A DNA stretch of 64,000 nt, from contig CAVZZO010000001.1 in assembly GCA_963779755.1 (NCBI GenBank), positions 2,048,001-2,112,000 of the forward strand, read 5' to 3'. The notes under the pieces were generated by a model that worked only from the letters and a program-made list of their open reading frames with translations, did not search any database and was not told the DNA's origin. The position numbers and the translations under genes were made by a program. Below, piece after piece: positions 19,767 through 30,066 of the stretch. Position 1 is the first letter of the stretch; the number at the start of each line of letters is the position of its first letter. Source of the stretch: an uncultured Gemmatimonadales bacterium. Lineage in GTDB: Bacteria > Gemmatimonadota > Gemmatimonadetes > Gemmatimonadales > GWC2-71-9.

Positions 19767-19845
19767 GGGCACAGGGGCGGTAGGGGCGAGGCGGTAGGGG
19801 CGAGGCATGCCTCGCCCCTACCTACCGCCTCGCCCCTACCGCCCC
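19760..19845. repeat. GTAG-type REP cluster (unit GCGGTAGGGGCGAG)
   Basis: Perfect 30-bp palindrome GGTAGGGGCGAGGCATGCCTCGCCCCTACC at 19793-19822 with flanking partial copies, between convergent genes. Confidence 0.9.
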
Positions 19846-20627
19846 AATTCCGCCAGGGCGGGGTGCCCATACCGCGCCCCCGCCACCATCACCCGCACAT
19901 TGGGCAGGACCTGCACATCGGCCGGGGTATGGGTGTGGCCGGCCAGCACCAGGATCTCCCGGTCGGGGAAGCGCGGCGCGATCTGCCGGATGGCGTCTCC
20001 CGTCGCCCGCGAGGTGAAGTACGGCAGCCAGTGCTCCGCCGGCATGTCCTCGCGGTGCCGGGCCCCCTGGGCGAAGGGCGGCACGTGGGTCAGCAGAACG
20101 ACGCGGGGCCAGCGCTCCAGCGCAGCCGGCAACTGTTTCCGGATGGTCGCTGCTCCTTCGTCGGCCAGGGCGCGCATCTTCGCCAGGCGGCCCGGCGGAT
20201 CGAGCCCGGCGAAATCGGTGATCAGGCGGTGGTCGGCCGGAACAAGAGGCGAAGCCTCGACCTCGCCCAGCCGCGCATCGGACCAGCCGCCGTGTCCCAC
20301 CAGTCCCAGGCCGTCGCCCAGCGCAACCAGTCCCGCATCCGGCAACCAACCCAGCTGCGGTACCGCGGCGCAGAGCTCCCGGACGTCGGCCCGCACCTGC
20401 GCGATACTGCCGCCGTAGTAATCGTGATTCCCCAGGACGAAGGAGACCGGCGCCTCGACCGTGCGGGCCAGCACCCGCAGGCGGGCCGTGAGCCCCGAGG
20501 CATTGTGAATGTCCCCGCCCAGCAGCAGGTGGGTCGGGTGGCGCCGCGCCAGGGCGACGCAGAAGCGGGAGAGGCCGGCGGGGGTGAGAAACTCCAGGTG
20601 GAGATCGCTGCCCCAGAGGAGCCGCAC
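19836..20627 (-). CDS. Calcineurin-like metallophosphoesterase
   Basis: Motifs SDLH, GGDI, GNHD, THVPP, GHTH. Confidence 0.88.
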   Translation of the reverse strand: MRLLWGSDLHLEFLTPAGLSRFCVALARRHPTHLLLGGDIHNASGLTARLRVLARTVEAPVSFVLGNHDYYGGSIAQVRADVRELCAAVPQLGWLPDAGLVALGDGLGLVGHGGWSDARLGEVEASPLVPADHRLITDFAGLDPPGRLAKMRALADEGAATIRKQLPAALERWPRVVLLTHVPPFAQGARHREDMPAEHWLPYFTSRATGDAIRQIAPRFPDREILVLAGHTHTPADVQVLPNVRVMVAGARYGHPALAELGR

Positions 20628-20629
20628 CC

Positions 20630-22198
20630 TCAGAACATCCGGGCGTAGAGGCGGAACCCGATGTCCATCGAGCGCCGTTTGGGCACCGCACCGCCGGAGC
20701 CGCGGACCGGCCCCTGGATGGTCCAGTGGGCCTCCACCGGCAGCCCGTGGGCGGCGGGATCTCGCGCGCCGGGGCTGGAATAGGTAATGCCCGCCTCGAA
20801 ACTGGTGAGGCTGGCTTCGGTATCCCGGCCCAGCACCGACGCGCTGATGCCCGGCAGCGAGTCCTGCGTCGAGGGATAGACGTACTGGTCCGCGCCGGCG
20901 CGCCAGTACCGCAGGCCTCCCAGCAGCGCCAGCGAGGGCGCCAGCCGCAGATACGGTGTGACGCCCACGTCCAGCACCGCTCCGCGGGTGCGCCGCACGG
21001 TGGTCTGCAGGTTGGCGAACGGCAGCGGCGCCGAAGGCGGCGCCACCCGCTGTTCCAGGTTCCGGGCGAAGCGGTATTCGTACCCGCCATCCACCCGCAG
21101 GCCCACGCCGCCGCCGCCCAGATCCAGAATGCCGCCGACACGCAGACCGAGGTCGCCCCCGCCGGTGCCCAGCCCGGTAAAATTTCCCGGCAGGTTGACC
21201 AGTCCGGTGGGCAGCCGGACGCGGATGTCCGCCGCGGTGCGGAGACCGCCCGCATGGCCATTCCGGTTCCAGTGATCGATCAGGGTGATGATCGCCCCGG
21301 CTTCGGCGTCCCCCACCCGGGCCAGCTTGTAGCTCTCCAGCAGGTTGCCGCCCACGGGGCCCGAGGGGTTGGACAGGAACCCCGCGAATTCATCCGAGCT
21401 GATCGGCTGCACGGCATACACCGGCCGGGCCGCGAAGCCGCCCACGCCGAGCGAGCCGCTCAGCGTGTTCTGCAGCGAGACCACCGCGCTGTCGATCGCC
21501 TGGCTGGTGTTGCTGCCGGCCAGCGGCACGAAGGGGCTGGCGGGATCGAGATAGACCGCCGCCAGATCCTGCTGCAGGCCCTGCGCTTTGGCGAGGGTCG
21601 CCTCGGCCAGGGCCTTCTGGGAGGGGCTGCCGTCGTAGCCGCCCGCGGCAATGTTGGACGCGAGCGTGCTGATGGCGCCGTCCAGCTCGTTGAAGAACTG
21701 CTGGGTCTGCTGCCGGCCCGCGACGGTGCCGAAGACCGGGTCGGCCGGATTGAATCCGGCGTTGGCGGTGGCGGAATCGAAGGCCAGCGAGATCTGGATC
21801 CGCTGGCGGACGATGGGCACATTCCCGTAGAGCGTGATCCGGCTGGTCAGGCCCAGCGCCAGTCCGAGGTTGAACGTCCCCGTGGTAACCAGGCCGTTGG
21901 CGCTGGTATGGCCGATGGACAGCCGGTAGGCGGGCTGGCCGGTGAGCCGGGCAAGGCCGGTCTGGGCCGCGGTGAGGGAAGGGAAGAGATCGGCCCCGGC
22001 TGCCGCCGACGAATAGTCCTGGAAGATGTCCTGGGTGCTGCCGCCCAGAAACCGGGAGTCGTAGTGCTGGAACCGTCCCCCGAACTCGAAGCGCAGCACC
22101 CCGCCGGGCACGCCGGGCTCCGGTAGCTGGGCCGTTGCCGCCGCCGGGAACAGCACCAGCAGCAGGCCCAGCACCGAGCGGCCTCTTCGTTGCTTCAC
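20630..22198 (-). CDS. Exported protein, probable outer-membrane beta-barrel with a helical insertion
   Basis: Signal peptide (..FPAAATAQ); alternating amphipathic strands, VRLPTG motif, C-terminal aromatic residue (..FRLYARMF); SD GGAGGAG. Confidence 0.65.
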   Translation of the reverse strand: MKQRRGRSVLGLLLVLFPAAATAQLPEPGVPGGVLRFEFGGRFQHYDSRFLGGSTQDIFQDYSSAAAGADLFPSLTAAQTGLARLTGQPAYRLSIGHTSANGLVTTGTFNLGLALGLTSRITLYGNVPIVRQRIQISLAFDSATANAGFNPADPVFGTVAGRQQTQQFFNELDGAISTLASNIAAGGYDGSPSQKALAEATLAKAQGLQQDLAAVYLDPASPFVPLAGSNTSQAIDSAVVSLQNTLSGSLGVGGFAARPVYAVQPISSDEFAGFLSNPSGPVGGNLLESYKLARVGDAEAGAIITLIDHWNRNGHAGGLRTAADIRVRLPTGLVNLPGNFTGLGTGGGDLGLRVGGILDLGGGGVGLRVDGGYEYRFARNLEQRVAPPSAPLPFANLQTTVRRTRGAVLDVGVTPYLRLAPSLALLGGLRYWRAGADQYVYPSTQDSLPGISASVLGRDTEASLTSFEAGITYSSPGARDPAAHGLPVEAHWTIQGPVRGSGGAVPKRRSMDIGFRLYARMF

Positions 22199-22225
22199 GG
22201 CTCCTCCACGGCTACTCTCTCACTC

Positions 22226-23371
22226 GTGAGTCCCAGTCCCGCGCGCGACGCAACTTCGCTCTTCCGGAGCCGCTTCGGAAGCCACCCGACCGTCGGAGCC
22301 TCCGCCCCCGGCCGGGTCAATCTGATCGGCGAACATATCGATTATAACGGCGGCCCCGTGCTCCCCTGCGCCCTGCGCCGCCGGATCGCCGTCATGGCCG
22401 GGCCGTCCCCGGTGTGGGAATTCGTATCGGCCCTGGATGGAACCGTGGTCCGGCATGATCCCGCCGCCGGGCTTCGAGGCGACTGGTCCGACTATCTGAC
22501 CGGAGTCCTCCGGGTCCTGGCCCGTCGCGACGCGGCGCCACCGGTCGCGCGTATCAGCGTGGCGAGCGACCTCCCGGCCGGTGCCGGGCTCTCCTCCTCG
22601 GCCGCGCTGTGCGTGGCGGCCGTCAAGGCGCTGGCCGCCCTGGCCGGCGTGCGCGCGCGGCCGGCCGAAATCGCCGAGTGGGCCTGGGAAGCGGAGCACT
22701 TCGAAGTCGGGGTGCATTGTGGCCGTATGGACCAGACCGTCGCCGTCCACGCCCGGGCCGGCACCGCCCTGCTGTTCGAGACCGCCACCGGGACGCTGAC
22801 TCAGGTTCCCATGGGGGAACGCCTCTGGATCGTCGAGACCGGCGTGGCTCACACCCTCAGGGAAGGCGGTTACAACCAGCGCCGCCGTGAATGTGAGGAA
22901 GCCGTTGCGCTGCTGCGCGAACGGGGCTGGAGCATCGAGCGGCTGGCAGAGGTCCCGCCGGAGCGGCTGTTCGAGGCGGAGCGTGTCCTGCCGCCGCCGC
23001 TCGGCCGGCGGGTCCGCCATGTGGTCGGGGAGACGATGCGGACTCGTGAGGCCGCCGACCGTCTGAGGCGGGGTGACATCCCCGGTGTGGGACGTCTCCT
23101 GGTCGAGGGGCACGAATCCCTGCGCGACAGCTACGAATCGTCCTGTCCCGAGGCCGACTTTCTGGTGGAGCAGGCGGTGGCCCTGGGAAGCCGGGGTGCC
23201 AGGCTGACCGGTGGCGGTTGGGGGGGAGCCGTCCTGGTGCTGGCTCCCCCGGAGCGGGAACGCCGCATCCTGGCGGCCCTGGGCGAGACCTTCGCCGGCC
23301 GCTTTGGCCGTACGCCGTCGATCTGGTGGAGCCGGGCGGGCGCGGGAGTCAGGCGGGAACGGGCAGACTAG
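22226..23371 (+). CDS. galK: Galactokinase
   Basis: APGRVNLIGEHIDYNGG, LPAGAGLSSSAA, CGRMDQ, YNQRRREC, GARLTGGGWGG. Confidence 0.92.
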   Translation: MSPSPARDATSLFRSRFGSHPTVGASAPGRVNLIGEHIDYNGGPVLPCALRRRIAVMAGPSPVWEFVSALDGTVVRHDPAAGLRGDWSDYLTGVLRVLARRDAAPPVARISVASDLPAGAGLSSSAALCVAAVKALAALAGVRARPAEIAEWAWEAEHFEVGVHCGRMDQTVAVHARAGTALLFETATGTLTQVPMGERLWIVETGVAHTLREGGYNQRRRECEEAVALLRERGWSIERLAEVPPERLFEAERVLPPPLGRRVRHVVGETMRTREAADRLRRGDIPGVGRLLVEGHESLRDSYESSCPEADFLVEQAVALGSRGARLTGGGWGGAVLVLAPPERERRILAALGETFAGRFGRTPSIWWSRAGAGVRRERAD

Positions 23372-23432
23372 CGGCAGAGTACAAGGTTGGGGTCGACACC
23401 CGGCGTTATCTTATGGGACAGGTTCGCAGCAT

Positions 23433-23517
23433 GCCCGGGTGGTGAAACGGTAGACACAAGGGACTTAAAATCCCTTGAGGCTCACGCCTCGTCTGGGTTC
23501 GAATCCCAGCCCGGGTA
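23433..23517 (+). tRNA. tRNA-Leu (anticodon UAA), CCA not encoded
   Basis: Acceptor GCCCGGG/CCCGGGT-A; D-loop with GG; anticodon arm AGGGA-CTTAAAA-TCCCT; long variable arm GAGGC-TCAC-GCCTC; T-loop TTCGAAT. Confidence 0.95.
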
Positions 23518-23578
23518 CTCCCGCAGGCCCGCGCGCCCGCGGAACAGACGATCCGGACGCTGACCTTGCAGGTGTTCG

Positions 23579-26078
23579 ATGGTTATGAGAGCCCAGGCTT
23601 CCCTACCGCCCTCCCGGCACCACGTCGGGTCCGCTTCTTTCATTTCGGGGGCGGTTCCCTGGGGTGTAGGCCTGCTGGGCACCGTCGTATCGCTGCTGCT
23701 CTGGGAAGCGTTTCGCCAGCATTTCGCGGCCGATGTGCGCCGCCAGACGGAACTGGCGGCGCGGGGGGCGGCCGCCGATCTTGGCGGCCACCTGGACGAC
23801 CGGGTGCTGACCCTGATCCGAATGGCGCAGCGCATCGAGCACGGCCCGCCAAGCCTCGCTCCCTGGCGGGCCGATGCCCGGTTGCAGCTCTCCCAGTACG
23901 ACGACCTGCTTACCCTGGCGCTGCTCGATACGGCCGGGCGGATGCACGCCAGGCTCGACCGGCCCGGACTCGCTGTTCCCCCTCCATTGCGGCCCGTCCC
24001 CGGCTCCGCCTATGCCGAGGCGATGCGGGACACGGCCCGGGGCTCCCGACCCGTGGCGGTCCGGCCCGGGGAAAATGGGAACGGTGCCGATCTTCTGATC
24101 GTGGCGCCCCTGCGCCTGCCCTCGGCGGTACCGGGAAACCTGGTGGCCGTATGGCGGCTTGACCGGGTCCTGGCGCTGGTGGATTCGGCCCTTTCGGATG
24201 AGTTCGTGCTGCACATTCGGCAACAGGGACACCCGCTGTTTATCTCGGCCTCGGCCCCGGCTTCGGATGACGCCTGGGCCCGGGCCGAGCTGGACCGGTC
24301 CTACGGGATGTGGGAGATTCAGGCCGCGCCGGTTGCCAACAGCCTGACGGCCCGATCGTCCCGCCGGCTGACCTCCCTCATGTTGGCCGGAGGGTTGCTC
24401 AGTTCGGGGCTGGTGGCCATCACGCTCCAGTCGCGCCGCCGCACCCGGCTGGCCCGCGATCGCGCCAACGCGATGGCCGATCAGTTGCGGGAGGAAGTCT
24501 CCAGCCGGGCGGATGCGCAGCGATCGCTGGAAGCCGCGCGGGAGCGGCTACGGCATGTGCTGGATGCGCTGCCGGTGGGTGTCTGGCTGTTCTCGCCCGA
24601 AGGGACGCCGGTGGACCACAATCCCGCGGCGCTGCGGATCTGGGGCGGCCCCGGATTCGCCGGTCGGGGCGGGGAACTGCGGTTGCCATGCCTGGATCCG
24701 GTGACGGAGCGGGCCGTGGGCTCGGGCGACTGGGCATTGGCCCGGATGATTCAGCGGCAGGAGCAGGCCGGCCCTGAGACGCTGCTGATCCAGTTTCCCG
24801 ATGGCCGCCACCGGGTCATCGTCTCCGAGGTCGCGCCGCTGGAGGAGCGCGCGGCGAGTGGTGGCCCGGCCGGTTATGTGCTGGTGAGCGATGACATCTC
24901 CGAGCGTTTCGCCCTGGAGCGGCAGCTGCAGCAGGCCCGCCGCCTGGAGTCCCTCGGCCGGCTTGCGGGCGGCGTGGCGCATGACTTCAACAACATCCTC
25001 ACTGTGATCCTGGCCGGGGCAGACCTGCTGCTGGATGAGGTCGCGCTGCCGGCGCCCGCCCGGGAGGACGTGCGACAGATCCGGTCGGCGGCCCACCGCG
25101 CGGCGAACGCTCACGGCCCAGCTGCTGGCCTTCGGCCGGCGCACCGCCATGCGGCCGGCGGCCCTGGACCTGAACGAGGTCGTGCGCGGGCTGATGGAGA
25201 TGCTGGGCCGGATCATCGGCGAGCATATCCAGGTGGATGCCGTCCTGGACGAGACGGTCCCGCCCGTGCACATGGACCGGACCCAGTTGGAACAGGTGAT
25301 CCTCAACCTGGTCTTCAACGCGCGCGATGCCATGCCCGGCGGTGGGGTGCTGACCATCGAAACCAGCGCGATCCTGGTCGACGAGCACGACGTGCGCGCC
25401 CAGGCCGGCGCCGTGGCGGGCCGGTACGGCCTGCTCGCCATCAGCGACACCGGCGAGGGTATGAACGAAGCAATCCGCAAACGGGTCTTCGAGCCGTTCT
25501 TCACTACCAAGAGTCCCGGCAAGGGCACGGGGCTGGGGCTGGCCACGGTCCACGGGATCATCCATCAGAGCGGCGGCTGGGTCCGGGTGTACAGTGAGCC
25601 GGGCCTGGGGACCACCTTCCGGGTCTACCTGCCGCTGGCCGCGATGGAAGCGGGCCCGGTCGCCTCGGAGCCGGCGGTGCCGTTGCGCCTCTCCGGCACC
25701 GAGACACTGCTCCTGGTGGAGGACGATGCCGCCGTCCGCACCGCCACGGCCGCCGCCCTGCGCCAGGCGGGGTACCGCGTGCACGAGGCCGCCGGCCGGG
25801 ACGAGGCCACGCTGCTGCTGCGGCAGGGCCCGCAGCCCGCGCTGGTTATCACCGACATCATGCTGCCGGAAGGCACCGGCGCGGATCTCGCCGCCGCCGT
25901 CCCACTCCTGCGGCCGGGCCTTCCGGTGCTGTTCACCTCGGGTTACGCCGCCGAGAGCGTCCTGCGCCGTGATATCCTCGATCCCGGAGCGCTGTTCCTG
26001 CAGAAGCCGTACGCCATGGCGGATCTGCTCCGGATGGTGCGGACCGCGCTCGATCGCGGTGCGCGCACCGGTAGCTGA
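23579..26078 (+). pseudogene. Hybrid sensor histidine kinase/response regulator (TM-sensor-PAS-HisKA-HATPase-REC) split by a +1 frameshift near 25106
   Basis: [13 protein letters not shown] in one frame; [29 protein letters not shown] and receiver LLVEDD..TDIMLP..LQKP in another; removing one A from GCGGCGAACGCTC restores AHRAATLTAQLL. May be a sequencing error. Confidence 0.85.
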
Positions 26079-26202
26079 GCGCCGGGTGTGAGCGGCATCA
26101 CACCGGGCCCATCTCGTCCCGCCCAACCCTGATACATTCCAAGACCGGCAGAGCGCGGCAGCCGCGAGAGGGAGGAAACGCTCAGGCAGAGGAGGAGAGG
26201 GC

Positions 26203-28071
26203 ATGGCGAAGTCCACGGTCCGCGCCACCATCGGCGATTACGCGATCATCGGCGACTGCCTGAGCGCGGCGCTGATCTCGCGCGATGGCAGCGTGGACTG
26301 GCTCTGCTGGCCCCGGTTCGACAGCCCTTCCATTTTCGGCGCCCTGCTCGACCGCGGCTGCGGCGGCGAGTTCAGCATCCGGCCGGTCGCCGACGAGCTG
26401 CATATCTCCCGCGCCTATCTCGGTTTCAGCAACGTGCTGGAGACCACCTTCCGCTGCGAGACCGGTGTGGTGCGCGTGATCGACTTCATGCCGATCGCCG
26501 CCCAGCCACTGAAGAACCGGGAGCTCTGGCCCGACGGCCAGCTGGTGCGCATTGTCGAATGCGTCGAGGGCGAGGTTGAAATCGAGGTGGTCTGCCGCCC
26601 GCGGCCGGAGTACGGGCGGGTGGTGCCCCATCTGGTGAGTCGGGGGAAGCTGGGCTTCTACTATAGCCACGAGGGCCGCTCCCTCGTCCTCCGCAGCGAG
26701 GTGCCGCTCCGGCTCTCCGAGGCGATGAGCGATCTCGCGGGCCGGGTCACCCTGCGGGCCGGCGAGCGCCGCCGGCTGGCGCTGGGCTACATGCGGGGGG
26801 AGATCGCGGTGCTGCCCGCGCTGGGCGACGAGGCCGACCGGCGTCTGCGGCTCACGCTCGACTGGTGGGAACGCTGGGCCGCCCGCTGCACCTATGACGG
26901 GCTCTACCGGGATGCGGTCCTCCGCAGCGCCCTGGTGCTGAAGCTGCTCTGTTACGCGCCCTCGGGCGCCGTGGTGGCGGCGCCCACCACCTCGCTGCCG
27001 GAGAGGATCGGCGGGGTGCGCAACTGGGACTACCGCTACTGCTGGCTGCGCGACGCCTCCCTCACGGTCCAGGCGCTCTACGACCTGGGATACACCCAGG
27101 AAGCCGCGGCCTTCGTCTCCTGGCTGCTGCACACCACCAAGATCACCCGGCCCGAGCTGCAGGTGGTCTATGACATCTTCGGCGAATCCCATCTGCACGA
27201 GCGCACCCTGGACCATCTGCACGGCTTCGCCGGTTCCCGGCCGGTGCGCGTGGGCAATGCCGCGCACGGGCAGTTCCAGCTCGACGTGTACGGCGAAGTG
27301 ATCGACGCAGTGCATGAATTCGTGCTGCGCGGCGGCCAACTGGACCGCGCCAGCGCGGCCATGCTGGAAGACTGGGGCGAGGCCATCTGCCGCCGCTGGG
27401 ACGAGCCCGACAACGGTATCTGGGAGAAACGCTCCGAGCGCCAGCACCATACCTACTCGAAGGCCATGGCCTGGGTGGGGCTCGACCGGCTGCTGCATCT
27501 GCATGAGAAGTGCGGACTCAAGGTCGACCGGAAGAAGCTGTCGGATATCCGCGATGCCATTCGCCGCCGGGTCGACACCGACGGCTACGACGCGGGGCTC
27601 AACAGCTACGTCGCCGTCTTCGGCCGGCAGGAGGTGGACGCCAGCCTGCTGCTGCTGGACCGGATGGGTTACACCGACGGGGACTCGGCACGGATGCGCG
27701 GTACCTACGACCTCGTCGTCACCCGGCTCAGTGCCAATGGGCTGCTCTACCGCTACGCCACCCAGGACGGGCTGCCGCCGGGCGAGGGCGCCTTCGGGAT
27801 CTGCGGGTTCTGGGCGGTGGGGACGCTGGCCCGGATGGGTGAGCTGGAAGCCGCCCACCGCAGCTTTCAGCGGCAGATCGACTATGCCAACGATCTCGGC
27901 CTCTTTTCCGAGGAGATCGATCCAGCCACCGGCGAACTGCTGGGCAACTTTCCCCAGGCCTTTACCCATGTCGGCCTGATCGACGCGGCCCTGACCATCA
28001 AGGAGTTCAGCGGCGAGGAGGCGCGGCCGCAGAAGAACCGTCCCGCGCGGGAGGAGAAGCAGCTGCTATGA
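26203..28071 (+). CDS. Glycoside hydrolase family 15 (trehalase/glucoamylase-like)
   Basis: IGDYAIIGD..DWLCWPRFDSPS, AAPTTSLPE..RNWDYRYCWLRDA, QLDVYGE, GIWE, LFSEE..LGNFPQAFTH. Confidence 0.92.
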   Translation: MAKSTVRATIGDYAIIGDCLSAALISRDGSVDWLCWPRFDSPSIFGALLDRGCGGEFSIRPVADELHISRAYLGFSNVLETTFRCETGVVRVIDFMPIAAQPLKNRELWPDGQLVRIVECVEGEVEIEVVCRPRPEYGRVVPHLVSRGKLGFYYSHEGRSLVLRSEVPLRLSEAMSDLAGRVTLRAGERRRLALGYMRGEIAVLPALGDEADRRLRLTLDWWERWAARCTYDGLYRDAVLRSALVLKLLCYAPSGAVVAAPTTSLPERIGGVRNWDYRYCWLRDASLTVQALYDLGYTQEAAAFVSWLLHTTKITRPELQVVYDIFGESHLHERTLDHLHGFAGSRPVRVGNAAHGQFQLDVYGEVIDAVHEFVLRGGQLDRASAAMLEDWGEAICRRWDEPDNGIWEKRSERQHHTYSKAMAWVGLDRLLHLHEKCGLKVDRKKLSDIRDAIRRRVDTDGYDAGLNSYVAVFGRQEVDASLLLLDRMGYTDGDSARMRGTYDLVVTRLSANGLLYRYATQDGLPPGEGAFGICGFWAVGTLARMGELEAAHRSFQRQIDYANDLGLFSEEIDPATGELLGNFPQAFTHVGLIDAALTIKEFSGEEARPQKNRPAREEKQLL

Positions 28072-28547
28072 ATCTGCCGAGTATCCTGCTCTGGGGGTTT
28101 CTCGCCACCATCGTGCTCACCTCGACCATGGCCGCCAGCCAGGGCCTGGGGCTCTCCCGGATGGGCCTGCCCTTCATGCTGGGGACCATGTTCACGCCCA
28201 ACCGGGGACGCGCCGGCGTGATCGGCTTCGTCGCCCACATGGTCAACGGCTGGATCTTCGCCCTGCTCTACGCGCTCATCTTCGAGAGCCTGGGGAAGGC
28301 CACCTGGCTGCTGGGGGCGGGGATCGGGTTCGCGCACGGCCTGGTGGTGCTGGTGGCCTTCATGCCCCTCATTCCCGGCATCCACCCCCGCATGGCGACC
28401 GAACGCGACGGGCCCGATCCCACGCGGGCCCTGGAGCCCCCCGGCTTCCTGGCGCTGAACTACGGCCGGCGCACCCCGATCATCGCCCTCCTGGCCCACA
28501 CCATGTACGGGCTCATCCTCGGGGCCTTCTATCATCTGAGCCACTGA
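28068..28547 (+). CDS. Small integral membrane protein (about 4 TM)
   Basis: Four hydrophobic segments with intramembrane His residues; ATGA overlap with the GH15 gene. Confidence 0.75.
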   Translation: MNLPSILLWGFLATIVLTSTMAASQGLGLSRMGLPFMLGTMFTPNRGRAGVIGFVAHMVNGWIFALLYALIFESLGKATWLLGAGIGFAHGLVVLVAFMPLIPGIHPRMATERDGPDPTRALEPPGFLALNYGRRTPIIALLAHTMYGLILGAFYHLSH

Positions 28548-28551
28548 CGCC

Positions 28552-30066
28552 ATGCGTACCAGCCGGCTGGTCGTGCCCGAGTCCGGCATGCGCCGGGGCC
28601 AGCGCCCCGAGCCGTCGCTGCTGGTGATCTTCGGCGCGACCGGCGATCTCACCCACCGCGAGCTCGTGCCCTCGCTCTTCGAGCTGAGCTGCCAGGATCT
28701 GCTGCCGGAACACTTCGCCGTTCTGGGCGTGGCCCGGAGCGAATGGAGCGACCAGGAATTCCGCCGCCGCATGTACGACTCGGCGCGCGAGGTGGGACGC
28801 TGCGACGAGGCCACCTGGGCGGGGTTCCAGCATCGCCTGTTCTATCAGCCGGGCCACTTCGATGCATCGGAGGATTTCACCCGGCTGGCCGGGCGCATCG
28901 CCGCGCTGCAACGGGAGCAGGGACTGGGCGGCAATGTGCTGTTCCATCTGGCCACGCCGCCGGCCTTCTTTCCCGTCATCGCCGCGCATCTCGACCAGGC
29001 GGGGCTGGCCCACAGCGAGGCGGGCTGGCGCCGACTGGTGATCGAGAAGCCCTTCGGCTCGGACCGCGGGTCCGCCCGGGCGCTGGACCAGGGGCTGCGC
29101 GCGGTGTTCGACGAGTCGGCCATCTACCGGATCGACCACTTCCTGGGCAAGGAGACGGTGCAGAACATGCTCGTGTTCCGCTTCGCGAACCCGAGCTTCG
29201 AGCCGGTCTGGAACCGGAACTACATCGATCATGTGCAGATCACCGTCGCCGAAGAGATCGGCATCGGCACCAGAGCGCGGTTCTACGAGAAGGTGGGCGT
29301 GGTGCGGGACATGGTCCAGAACCACCTGCTCCAGCTGCTCTGCATGGTGGCCATCGAACCCCCGGTGCGCTACGCCGGGGGCGCCCTGCGCGACGAAACC
29401 GTCAAGGTGCTGGAAGCGGTGCAGCCGCTGGTCCCGGCGCGCGACGCCGTGCGCGGCCAGTACGGGGCGGGGCTGGTCGACGGCCAGATGCTGCCGGGCT
29501 ACCGGGAGGAAGCCCATGTCGCCCCCGATTCCACCACCCCCACGTTCGCCGCCCTGCGCCTCGGCATCGACAACTGGCGCTGGGCGGGGGTGCCGTTCTA
29601 CCTGCGCACCGGCAAACGGATGCGGCGCAAGCTTACCGAGGTCGCCATCCGCTTCAAGCCTACGCCGCACCTCATGTTCCCCTTCGAGGAGCGGCTGCTG
29701 CACAATGAGCTGGCCTTCCGCCTCCAGCCGCAGGAAGGCATCATCCAGACCTTCGGCGCCAAGCAGCCGGGCCCCGACCTGTGTATCCGGCCGGTCACCA
29801 TGAATTTCCTGTATGCCGATGCGTTCGGCGTGGCCGAGCCGCCCCGGGCCTACGCCTGGCTGCTGCTGGACGCCATGCAGGGCAATCAGACCCTCTTTGC
29901 CCGCAGCGACTGGATCCGGCGGGCCTGGGAGATCGTGGACCCGGTGGTGGCGCACTGGGAAGCGCACCCGTCCGGCGATTTTCCCAATTATGCCGCGGGC
30001 ACCTGGGGCCCCGCTGCCGCGGAGCGGCTCATCGGCGACGACGGCCGCGAATGGCGGGTGATCTGA
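28552..30066 (+). CDS. zwf: Glucose-6-phosphate 1-dehydrogenase
   Basis: IFGATGDL, IEKPFG, RIDHFLGKE, DMVQNHLLQ, RWAGVPFYLRTGK. Confidence 0.96.
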   Translation: MRTSRLVVPESGMRRGQRPEPSLLVIFGATGDLTHRELVPSLFELSCQDLLPEHFAVLGVARSEWSDQEFRRRMYDSAREVGRCDEATWAGFQHRLFYQPGHFDASEDFTRLAGRIAALQREQGLGGNVLFHLATPPAFFPVIAAHLDQAGLAHSEAGWRRLVIEKPFGSDRGSARALDQGLRAVFDESAIYRIDHFLGKETVQNMLVFRFANPSFEPVWNRNYIDHVQITVAEEIGIGTRARFYEKVGVVRDMVQNHLLQLLCMVAIEPPVRYAGGALRDETVKVLEAVQPLVPARDAVRGQYGAGLVDGQMLPGYREEAHVAPDSTTPTFAALRLGIDNWRWAGVPFYLRTGKRMRRKLTEVAIRFKPTPHLMFPFEERLLHNELAFRLQPQEGIIQTFGAKQPGPDLCIRPVTMNFLYADAFGVAEPPRAYAWLLLDAMQGNQTLFARSDWIRRAWEIVDPVVAHWEAHPSGDFPNYAAGTWGPAAAERLIGDDGREWRVI

